Shown here piece by piece: positions 56,564 to 64,000 of a DNA stretch of 64,000 nt. The stretch comes from an uncultured Thermoleophilia bacterium (GTDB lineage: Bacteria; Actinomycetota; Thermoleophilia; UBA2241). Every line of letters starts with the position of its first letter. Position 1 is the stretch's first letter. The notes beneath the pieces were generated by a model that saw only the letters and a list, made by a program, of their open reading frames with translations, made no database searches and was not told the origin of the DNA. Where the stretch lies: contig CAVPCT010000004.1 in assembly GCA_963702475.1 (NCBI GenBank), forward strand, positions 288,001 through 352,000, in the 5' to 3' direction. The translations under genes and the position numbers were made by a program.

Positions 56564-57583
56564 TCAGCCCAGGCGTGGGTCCGCCGGCCCGCTTCCCGCC
56601 TCGGTGGCGGCGAGAGCGCGGGCGATCTCGTCCAGGTCCTCGTCGCCGAGCGTCAAGCGCGCGCCGTCGACCCAGCCGTCCACCTGCTCCGGGCTGCGCG
56701 CGCCAACGATCGCGCCGGTCACGCCCGACCAGGCGACGACCCAGGCGACGGCCACGGCGGACGTGGTGGTGCCGTGGCGCTCCGCGATCGGCCGCAGCGC
56801 ATCGCGAAGGGCGAGGCTGCGGCTCAGGCGCGGCTCCCTGAACATCGGCGGCCGGCGCCGCCAGTCGTCCTCTGCCAGCGACCGGACCCGCTCGGCGGTG
56901 AACGTCTCCGTGAGCAGCCCCGACCCGAGCGGGCTGTAGCAGATCACGCCGGTGTCGTGGGCGCAGGCCCACGGCAGCAGCTCTGCGGCGGCCTCGCGCC
57001 GCAGCAGCGAGAACGGCGGCTGCAGTGCGTCGATATGGCCGATGCGCTCGCAGCGGTGCAGCAGGTCGATGTCGAAGTTGCTGACGCCGAGCGACCGGAC
57101 CTTGCCCTCGTCGCGGAGACGGACCATCTCGGCCCACGCCCCCTCGAGCGAGTTGCCCTCGTCGTCCGGCCAGTGGATCTGGTAGAGGTCCACGTGGTCG
57201 AGGCCGAGGCGCCGCAGGGAGTCCTCGAGGCTGCGACGCACCGTCTGCGGCGTCGTGATGCGGCGCGGCGGCGCCGGACGGTCGGCCGGGTCCCACTCCA
57301 GCCCGCACTTGGTGAAGACCAGCGGCCGGGCGTCCGCAGGCAGCGCCCGCACGGCCCGGCCCACCACCTCCTCCGAATGCCCCAGCCCGTACACAGCGGC
57401 CGTGTCGATCCACGTCACGCCCAGCTCGATGGCGCGGTGGATGGCGGCGACCGACCGCTCGTCGTCCTGCGGGCCCCAGCCGAAGGCGTAGCCCCCGCCA
57501 CCTGTCGCCCAGGCGCCGAACCCGGCGAGGCTGATCTCCAGGCCGCTGGAGCCGAGGGGTCGTGCGGGGAGGGTCGAGCACAT
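56564..57583 (-). CDS. Aldo/keto reductase
   Basis: GFGAW, DTAAVYG.GHSE, TKCG, DLYQIHWP, GVSNF, YSPL..GLL. Confidence 0.92.
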   Translation of the reverse strand: MCSTLPARPLGSSGLEISLAGFGAWATGGGGYAFGWGPQDDERSVAAIHRAIELGVTWIDTAAVYGLGHSEEVVGRAVRALPADARPLVFTKCGLEWDPADRPAPPRRITTPQTVRRSLEDSLRRLGLDHVDLYQIHWPDDEGNSLEGAWAEMVRLRDEGKVRSLGVSNFDIDLLHRCERIGHIDALQPPFSLLRREAAAELLPWACAHDTGVICYSPLGSGLLTETFTAERVRSLAEDDWRRRPPMFREPRLSRSLALRDALRPIAERHGTTTSAVAVAWVVAWSGVTGAIVGARSPEQVDGWVDGARLTLGDEDLDEIARALAATEAGSGPADPRLG

Positions 57584-57601
57584 GATCTGTCCTTTCCGCC
57601 G

Positions 57602-58174
57602 TCAGGCGACGTCGTCCGCGAGGGTGTAGCGGAGGGCGAGGCGCTCTACGGCCGCGTGCTCGGTGGAGTAGACGTTCACCGACAGCAGTGGCGGGGCGTA
57701 GAGGTGGATGGTCACCAGGTCCTCTCCGGAGAGGTTCGCGAGCTGGTGGATGCCGGCGCGGTCCAGGCCGGTGAGGCCGCCCGCGCTGACGGCCTCTTCC
57801 GCGGCTAGCGCCACCGGTCCGTGCCCGGGCGCCGCGTCATCGGCGGTAGCGAAAAGCCGCGACGTGAGCCTCCCGCGGTGCACGCGGAGAGCGTTCAGCG
57901 AGCCGGCGTGGTCGTGGATCGTCGACCGCTGGCCCGGGCGCCAGCAGAGGACGAGGAGCTCGATCTCAGGGGTGCGGCACACGAGGTTGCGCGCGTAGCC
58001 GTCCCGCGCGAAGACCGATCGATGAGCGATGAGCTCGTCGTCGAGAGTGAGCGCACCGGCGCATTCGAGCAGATGCGCGTAGGTGAGTTCGCTCCCGGGT
58101 GCGCGTGCCAGCTCGAGCAGGAGGCCGTCGAGGGTGAGCGGGCGGGCCCCGCCGTCGGGGGTGGGTCCGGTCAT
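57602..58174 (-). CDS. Cysteine dioxygenase-type cupin (thiol dioxygenase family)
   Basis: YARNLV, LCWRPGQRSTIHDH, IHQL.N, TIHLYAPP. Confidence 0.82.
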   Translation of the reverse strand: MTGPTPDGGARPLTLDGLLLELARAPGSELTYAHLLECAGALTLDDELIAHRSVFARDGYARNLVCRTPEIELLVLCWRPGQRSTIHDHAGSLNALRVHRGRLTSRLFATADDAAPGHGPVALAAEEAVSAGGLTGLDRAGIHQLANLSGEDLVTIHLYAPPLLSVNVYSTEHAAVERLALRYTLADDVA

Positions 58175-58263
58175 GGCAGCGGCGTACCCGAGAGGTCGGA
58201 GTGCGAAACGACCGGGTATGGTGCAGGACGTATGTGCGCTGGGCGTCTGGTGGAGGAGACCGG

Positions 58264-58815
58264 ATGAGCAGGTTCGTCGATCTGCTGCGGGCCGTGAACG
58301 TCTCCGGGCAGAACAGGCTACCCATGGCGGAGCTGCGCGCGGCACTGTCTGAGGCCGGGCTTTCCGGCGTGGAGACGTACGTGCAGAGCGGCAACGTCGT
58401 CAGCGACGATCCGGGCGACGACGCCGCAGCCCACGCCGCCATGGTGCACGACGCGATCGCCATGACGTTCGGCCTCGAGGTGACGGTGCTGACGCTCGCG
58501 GCCGTCGAGCTGGTGGCCGCGGCCGCCGGCAACCCGTTCCTCGCCGTGGATCGGGAGGTGGACCCCAGGTGGCTGTATGTCACGTTTCTCGCGGAGCCGG
58601 TGCAGGCGGCGTCGTTCGAGGCTCGCGACCTGCCTGCCGCAGGGGACGAGGCGGCCGCGCTCTCCGCGGACGGCCGCCTCGTCTACCTGCTGCTGCCGTA
58701 CGGCTACGGACGCACGAAGCTGAACAATGCCTGGTTCGAGCGCGTGCTCGAGGTGCCGGCGACGACCAGGAACTGGCGGACGGTGCTGGCGCTGCAGGGT
58801 CTCACGGTGCGTTGA
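58264..58815 (+). CDS. DUF1697 protein
   Basis: LLRAVNVSG, TYVQSGNV, NPF, T.RNWRTV. Confidence 0.88.
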   Translation: MSRFVDLLRAVNVSGQNRLPMAELRAALSEAGLSGVETYVQSGNVVSDDPGDDAAAHAAMVHDAIAMTFGLEVTVLTLAAVELVAAAAGNPFLAVDREVDPRWLYVTFLAEPVQAASFEARDLPAAGDEAAALSADGRLVYLLLPYGYGRTKLNNAWFERVLEVPATTRNWRTVLALQGLTVR

Positions 58816-58999
58816 GCGCGTTGTCCGCGATGCTGCCGCTTCTCGCGCGGGCCTGTCCTCTCCGCGCCCGGGGCGACGACGGCGCCGCCCCGGGCGGTGC
58901 GGCCCTCTCTGCTGCGTCGCTCGGACGGTGCGGCCGTCGGGTACGCTTGCCCGCGTATGGCCCGCCGCGGCGGGCGGCATGCCGGACGCAGGAGGGCCT

Positions 59000-59923
59000 T
59001 TGACGGACGAAAGTGCGCCGGAGGCCGCACACGAGGACGGCACGGCGCGCGGGACGCGGCGTCGTGACTGGGACGCGGCCGACTACGTGGCGCACTCGGC
59101 CGCGCAGCAGGACTGGGCGCGCGAGCTGATCGCGCAGCTGGGGCTGCGCGGCGACGAGCGCATCCTGGACGTCGGCTGCGGCGACGGGCGTGCGACGGCG
59201 ATGATCGCCGAGCGGGTCCCTCGCGGAAGCGTCCTCGGCGTGGACAGCTCGCCGAGCATGATCGCGATGGCGTGCGAGCAGTTCCCGAACGCAGCAGTGT
59301 GGAACGGACCAGTGGCCGAGGACTCCTGCCCGGTAGCGCCGGACCTCGCCGGGGTGGCCGGCCACGGCGCGCTCCGGAACCTCGCCTTCGCGCTCATGGA
59401 CGCGCGCGCCCTCGAGCTGCCGCCCGTGTTCGATGTGGCCTTCTCGACGGCCGCCCTGCACTGGATGTCCGACCACCGGGCGATCCTGCGCGGCGTGCAC
59501 GCCGCGCTCGCGCGTGGTGGCCGACTGCTGTTCGAGATGGGCGGCCGCGGCAACATCACGGAGGCACTCGCCGTCGTGGACGAGGTGCTCGCGCGCTCGC
59601 GCTGGCGAGGCTTCTTCGAGGGTTTCGAGCCGCCGCACCACTTCTACGGGCCCGAGGAGTACGAGCGCTGGCTTCCCGAGGCCGGCTTCAAGATGTGGCG
59701 CGTCAGGGTCTTCGCGCGCGACATGACCCACGCCGGCCGACCCGCGTTTCTCGGCTGGCTGCGCACGACGTGGTTCCCGTACATAGAGCGCGTGCCGCCC
59801 GACCTGGCGTCGGCGTTCGTCGCCGAGATCGCCGACGCCTACGAGGCCGCCCACCCGGCGGATGAGTACGGCGTGTACCACGTCGGCCTCGTGCGTCTGC
59901 AGGTGGAGGCCTCTTCCGTTTGA
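59000..59923 (+). CDS. SAM-dependent methyltransferase (Tam-like)
   Basis: WDAADY..HS..Q, ILDVGCGDG, FS.AALHW, GG.GN. Confidence 0.85.
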   Translation: MTDESAPEAAHEDGTARGTRRRDWDAADYVAHSAAQQDWARELIAQLGLRGDERILDVGCGDGRATAMIAERVPRGSVLGVDSSPSMIAMACEQFPNAAVWNGPVAEDSCPVAPDLAGVAGHGALRNLAFALMDARALELPPVFDVAFSTAALHWMSDHRAILRGVHAALARGGRLLFEMGGRGNITEALAVVDEVLARSRWRGFFEGFEPPHHFYGPEEYERWLPEAGFKMWRVRVFARDMTHAGRPAFLGWLRTTWFPYIERVPPDLASAFVAEIADAYEAAHPADEYGVYHVGLVRLQVEASSV

Positions 59924-60903
59924 CCGCGCCGGCACTCGTCGCTCTTGGTGACGAGGTGGAGTACGCTCAGTGCGCCGGCGACCGGCGTGTTCCGGGGACG
60001 GTCGCCGGCCGGACCCAGGAGAAGACGCCGATGGACAGACGCAGGAGACGCCGCACGGGCGCCGCCCGCCCGCGCTGCGGCTACTTCCGCTGCGGCCTGC
60101 CCTACAACCGCATCGGCAACGGCCCGCGGACACTCCTGGTGCTGCAGGGCCTCTTGCCCGAGAACAAGCCGCAGCCCGCGTCGAGCGTGCGCATGTACCG
60201 CTTCCTCGGCCGCGAGTACACCGCGTACGTCGTCTTGCGACGGCGCGGCCTGCCCCAGGGGTACACCCTCGGCGACATGGCGGCGGACTACGCGACGCTC
60301 GTGCGGGAGGAGCTGGGGGGGCCGGTCGACGTCATCGGTGTCTCGACCGGAGGCTCAATCGCCATGCACTTCGCGGCGGATCACCCTGAGCTCGTCCGGC
60401 GTCTGGTGATCCACTCGAGCGCGCACGCGCTGAGCCGCTCCGCCCGGCGCCTGCAGCTCCTGGTGCGCGACCGTGCACTGAAGGGCGACTGGGTGGGCGT
60501 CTGGCGCCTGTTCGTCGACGCCGTCTTTCCCCGCCACGGGCTCGCCGGCGTCGTGCGTCGCCCCATGGTGGAGCTCTCCGCTCAGCTGCTCGGGCGCTTC
60601 GCTGCGCCCGCGGACCCTTCTGACCTTGCCGTGACGATCCTGGCCGAGGACCGGCTCGTATTTCGCGCCCGCCTCGGCGAGATCGCCGCGCCCACGCTGG
60701 TCATCGCCGGCGCAGAGGACCCCTTCTACACCGTCGACCTGTTCAGAGAGACCGCGGAGGGCATCCCGGACGCGCGCCTGGTGCTCTACCCGGGCATGGG
60801 ACATCCGGCCGCGGGTGCGGACTTCAGGCGTGAGGTTCTCGGCTTCCTCCTCGGGACGGGTCCAGGGCGCGGTGAGCCACGTCGCGGCGGGCCGGCATCA
60901 TGA
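59920..60903 (+). CDS. Alpha/beta hydrolase
   Basis: GVSTGG nucleophile elbow, [12 protein letters not shown]; start may be ATG 60031. Confidence 0.85.
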   Translation: MTAPALVALGDEVEYAQCAGDRRVPGTVAGRTQEKTPMDRRRRRRTGAARPRCGYFRCGLPYNRIGNGPRTLLVLQGLLPENKPQPASSVRMYRFLGREYTAYVVLRRRGLPQGYTLGDMAADYATLVREELGGPVDVIGVSTGGSIAMHFAADHPELVRRLVIHSSAHALSRSARRLQLLVRDRALKGDWVGVWRLFVDAVFPRHGLAGVVRRPMVELSAQLLGRFAAPADPSDLAVTILAEDRLVFRARLGEIAAPTLVIAGAEDPFYTVDLFRETAEGIPDARLVLYPGMGHPAAGADFRREVLGFLLGTGPGRGEPRRGGPAS

Positions 60904-61799
60904 GCGGCGTCTGGTTCGCCCTCGGTCTCACGCTGTTCGCAGGTATGGCCACGGCCATCGGCAGCGTCATCGCGTTCACGGCCAAACGCACCAACTACCG
61001 CTTTCTCTCCGTCGCCACCGGTTTCTCCGCCGGCGTGATGCTGTACGTGTCGTTCGTGGAGATCTTCGTCAAAGGGGCCGACGCGCTCGCAGAGCCCTAC
61101 GGCGAGGCGACGGGCTACCTCATCACGACGGTGTCGTTCTTCGGCGGCATGGCGCTGATAGGGATCATCGACAACCTCATCCCCGCCGGCGAGAACCCCC
61201 ACGAGACGCACGCCGAGGCGGAGATCGCACCGTTGCACGACGCGACGGCGCCCATCCCGGACGGCTGCGTGCTGTCCGGCGCGGGCGGTCACGAGCCCGG
61301 CATACACGACCACACCGCCGACCACCACAAGCTCATGCGCATGGGCCTCTTCACCGCGCTCGCCATAGGCATCCACAACTTCCCCGAGGGCCTGGCCACG
61401 TTTCTCGCGGCCCTCCAGAACCCCGGGCTGGGCGTCGCCATCGCCACCGCCATCGCCCTGCACAACATCCCTGAGGGCATCAGCGTCTCGGTGCCGATCT
61501 ACTACGCGACCGGCGATCGCAAGAAGGCGTTCGTCTACTCGGTCCTGAGTGGGCTCTCGGAGCCGGTAGGCGCCCTGATCGCCTACCTGATCATGCTCCT
61601 CCTCCTCGGCGGTTCGGGGGCCGAGGTGCCTCCTCAGCTGATGGGGATCCTGTTCGCAGGCGTGGCAGGCATCATGGTGTACATCAGCCTTGATGAACTG
61701 CTGCCCACCAGCCGCGCCTACGGCAAGGGACACGACAGCCTGTACGGGCTGGTCGCCGGGATGCTGGTGATGGCGATGAGCCTCGTCCTGATGAAGTAG
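60900..61799 (+). CDS. zupT: ZIP-family zinc transporter
   Basis: [35 protein letters not shown]. Confidence 0.92.
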   Translation: MSGVWFALGLTLFAGMATAIGSVIAFTAKRTNYRFLSVATGFSAGVMLYVSFVEIFVKGADALAEPYGEATGYLITTVSFFGGMALIGIIDNLIPAGENPHETHAEAEIAPLHDATAPIPDGCVLSGAGGHEPGIHDHTADHHKLMRMGLFTALAIGIHNFPEGLATFLAALQNPGLGVAIATAIALHNIPEGISVSVPIYYATGDRKKAFVYSVLSGLSEPVGALIAYLIMLLLLGGSGAEVPPQLMGILFAGVAGIMVYISLDELLPTSRAYGKGHDSLYGLVAGMLVMAMSLVLMK

Positions 61800-61803
61800 C
61801 GGC

Positions 61804-62745
61804 GTGGTCGTCGACGTCGCCCTGGTCATCGCCGGCCTCGTCCTGCTCGCGGCCGGCGCCGAGGGTCTGGTGCGCGGGGCTGGTGCACTGGCGCTGCGCT
61901 TCGGCGTCGCCCCGCTGGTCATCGGCCTCACGATCGTCGCGTTCGGCACCGGCAGTCCGGAGCTCGTGCTCAGCATCCAGGCCGCCGCAGCCGGCAACGG
62001 CGGTATCGCCCTCGGCAACGTGCTGGGTTCCAACATCAGCAACATCGGCCTCGTGCTCGGCGTCGCCGCGCTGGTCTCGCCCCTTGGGGTGCACGCGCGA
62101 CTCGTCCGCCGCGAGGTGCCGGTGATGATCGTCGTGAGCTTCGCGCTCGCGGCACTCCTGTGGGACGGCGGGCTCAGCAGGCTGGACGGTGCGGCACTGC
62201 TCACGGGGGCAGTGGTGTACTTCGCCGCCGCGTATCTTGGGGCCCGGCGCGGCGATGTGCCGGCCGTGATGGAGGAGTTCGAGGAGGCTGTGGAACGCAA
62301 ACGCTCGCTGCGCACCGAGGTGCTGCTCATCGCGGCGGGCCTGGCGGCGCTGCTGGTCGGCGCCACGGTGCTCCTGCGTGGCGCCGTCTCGCTGGCCACG
62401 GCACTCGGCGTCAGTGAGGTGGTGGTGGGCCTCACGGTGATCGCGATCGGGACGAGTCTGCCGGAGCTGGCGACCTCCGTGACGGCCGCGCGCCGCCACG
62501 AGGCGGACGTGGCGTTCGGCAATGCGATCGGCTCGAACGTGTTCAACATCCTCGCCGTGCTCGGCGTGGCCGCGCTCGTGCGGCCCATCGCGGCGAGCGG
62601 GCTGCGCCCCGCGGACGTGGCCGTGTTCCTCGTGAGCGCGGTGCTCCTGCTGCCGGTCATGGCGAGGGGATCGGTGCTGTCCCGGTGGGAGGGCGGCGTG
62701 CTGCTTGCCGGCTACGCGGCCTACATCGTTTCGCTCGCGGTCTGA
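61804..62745 (+). CDS. Ca2+/Na+ antiporter (YrbG-like)
   Basis: GTGSPE / GNVLGSN and GTSLPE / GNAIGSN alpha repeats. Confidence 0.9.
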   Translation: MVVDVALVIAGLVLLAAGAEGLVRGAGALALRFGVAPLVIGLTIVAFGTGSPELVLSIQAAAAGNGGIALGNVLGSNISNIGLVLGVAALVSPLGVHARLVRREVPVMIVVSFALAALLWDGGLSRLDGAALLTGAVVYFAAAYLGARRGDVPAVMEEFEEAVERKRSLRTEVLLIAAGLAALLVGATVLLRGAVSLATALGVSEVVVGLTVIAIGTSLPELATSVTAARRHEADVAFGNAIGSNVFNILAVLGVAALVRPIAASGLRPADVAVFLVSAVLLLPVMARGSVLSRWEGGVLLAGYAAYIVSLAV

Positions 62746-62852
62746 CGCCGGCGGGGCCGACGTTTGGTGCGCGGGGGCCCGCCGCCGGCGCGCGGAGCGA
62801 TTGGGGCACGCGCCGGTCGGGCAGGACGAGTCGCGGGACGAAGGAGGCATCT

Positions 62853-63401
62853 GTGGACGACACCGCCGTGATCAAGGCGACGGGCAAGCAGCTGAGCGAG
62901 TGGTTCGCGATCCTCGACGAGCGCGGGGCCCGAGAGCTGCAGCACAAGGAGATCGCCCGGCTGCTTCACCAGGACTTCGGCGTGCCCGGCTGGTGGAGCC
63001 AAAGCGTCACGGTCGAGTACGAGAAGCACATCGGCCGCCGCGAGACCGGCCAGACGCAGAGCGGCGAGTACGAGGCAACCGTCACCAAGACGCTGCCGGG
63101 GACGATGGACGAGGTGCTCGACCGTTGGATCGCGCGCGTGGCCGCCGGCCCGGGTTGCGGCTTCGACGGCGTCGACTTCGCCGGCGAGCCCAGCGCAAGC
63201 AGGACGGAGAAGTGGCGCTACTGGCGCGTGGCGCTCGCCGACGGCTCGCGTGTGACGGTGACGATCTCGGACAAGCCGGGCGGCACGACCCCGGCCGCCG
63301 GCCCGGCCTCCGTGCTCGCCGTCACGTCTGGCCGGCTCCGCACACGGGACGACGGCGCCCGCTGGAAGAGCTACTGGCGGGCGTACCTGGCCGAGCTCTG
63401 A
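62853..63401 (+). CDS. Hypothetical protein (DUF4287-like N-terminus)
   Basis: AAGGAGG RBS; KATGK...WF..LD, H.EIA, GWWSQ.VTV.YE. Confidence 0.7.
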   Translation: MDDTAVIKATGKQLSEWFAILDERGARELQHKEIARLLHQDFGVPGWWSQSVTVEYEKHIGRRETGQTQSGEYEATVTKTLPGTMDEVLDRWIARVAAGPGCGFDGVDFAGEPSASRTEKWRYWRVALADGSRVTVTISDKPGGTTPAAGPASVLAVTSGRLRTRDDGARWKSYWRAYLAEL

Positions 63402-63436
63402 CGTCCGCGCTTGAGCGGCCGGCCCCGATGTCCCCG

Positions 63437-63628
63437 TCAGGGGATGTTCAGCTTGTCCATCACCCCGTAGACGAAGAACGCCGGCCACACAAGGGACTGG
63501 ATGACGCCCCAGACCCCGTCCCAGAACGAGTTCGCCGTGCTGATGTAGTAGACGAGCGCGCCGATGAGCCCGAGCCCGTAGACGGCCCCCGCGCCGGCTG
63601 CTCCAGCGTTGTTCCTGTTGTCCGACAT
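63437..63628 (-). CDS. Small membrane hypothetical protein
   Basis: GAVYGLGLIGALVYYI..A..FW.GV....WPAF; GAAGGAG RBS. Confidence 0.75.
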   Translation of the reverse strand: MSDNRNNAGAAGAGAVYGLGLIGALVYYISTANSFWDGVWGVIQSLVWPAFFVYGVMDKLNIP

Positions 63629-63699
63629 GATCGCTCCTTCGCCAGGTGGTGCGGTACGTACCGTCACCGTATCACCGACGCGTCAGGATTCCGCGTCTG

Positions 63700-63758
63700 T
63701 TGACAACGGCGCCAACTCGGCGCAGAATGTACGCGAAAACCGAAATCGTTTTCTGGTA
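63700..63758 (+). promoter_or_regulatory. Promoter TTGACA-N17-CAGAAT with TAC-N2-GAAAAC-N7-GTTTTC-N2-GTA inverted repeat (likely TetR operator)
   Basis: Directly upstream of the tetR-type gene. Confidence 0.6.
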
Positions 63759-63773
63759 TACACGGAGTGATGC

Positions 63774-64000
63774 ATGCCGGCGACCAAGGACCAGATCGCG
63801 CTGACCTTCATGGGCCTGGCCGTTCGCTACGGCTTTCGCCGCACGTCCGTTGAGGATGTGGCCAGGGCGCTGCGGATCTCCAAGAAGACCATCTACGAGC
63901 ACTTCTCCAGCAAGGAGGCGGTGTTTGGATACGCGCTCGAGTTAGCGGCAGGAGAGCAGCGACGGAGGGTGGAGTCGCTCCTCACCGAGAGCACGGCGCT
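63774..64000 (+). CDS. TetR/AcrR-family regulator (runs off window end)
   Basis: Not in the ORF track; manual translation MPATKDQI...YGFRRTSVEDVARALRISKKTIYEHFSSKE. Confidence 0.88.
   Translation, partial: MPATKDQIALTFMGLAVRYGFRRTSVEDVARALRISKKTIYEHFSSKEAVFGYALELAAGEQRRRVESLLTESTA

Overview
High-GC, gene-dense bacterial chromosomal window. The sequence is consistent with an actinobacterium (leaderless-type promoters, DUF6421, rsmG-parA-parB); the Hdr/Qmo-like, split-Soret cytochrome and selenocysteine signals suggest an anaerobic lineage (inference). 1-37 kb is mostly housekeeping and envelope genes: two radical SAM enzymes, an RsbW-like kinase, DUF6421-rsmG-parA-parB, a secreted alpha/alpha-barrel protein with a MotA/ExbB protein and DUF2149, a five-gene glycosylation locus, transporters, and an ECF sigma/anti-sigma pair leading a fabZ-fabH-fabD-fabG-fabF-accD-accA operon. 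38-58 kb is a redox/sulfur-handling island. It has three ArsR regulators and a DUF134 regulator with recognisable repeated operators, a probable FmdB-type selenoprotein (in-frame UGA plus SECIS-like hairpin) co-transcribed with twin glutaredoxin-DUF302 fusions, and a split-Soret cytochrome c. It also has an arsR-tusA-mvhD-hdrA(L)-hdrA-wHTH-dsrE-qmoC-like operon; no hdrB or aprAB is present in the window. Many single-base frameshifts between about 42 and 55.5 kb look like assembly indels. No tRNA, rRNA, CRISPR array or mobile element was seen. All family assignments come from motif recognition by eye, not database searches.
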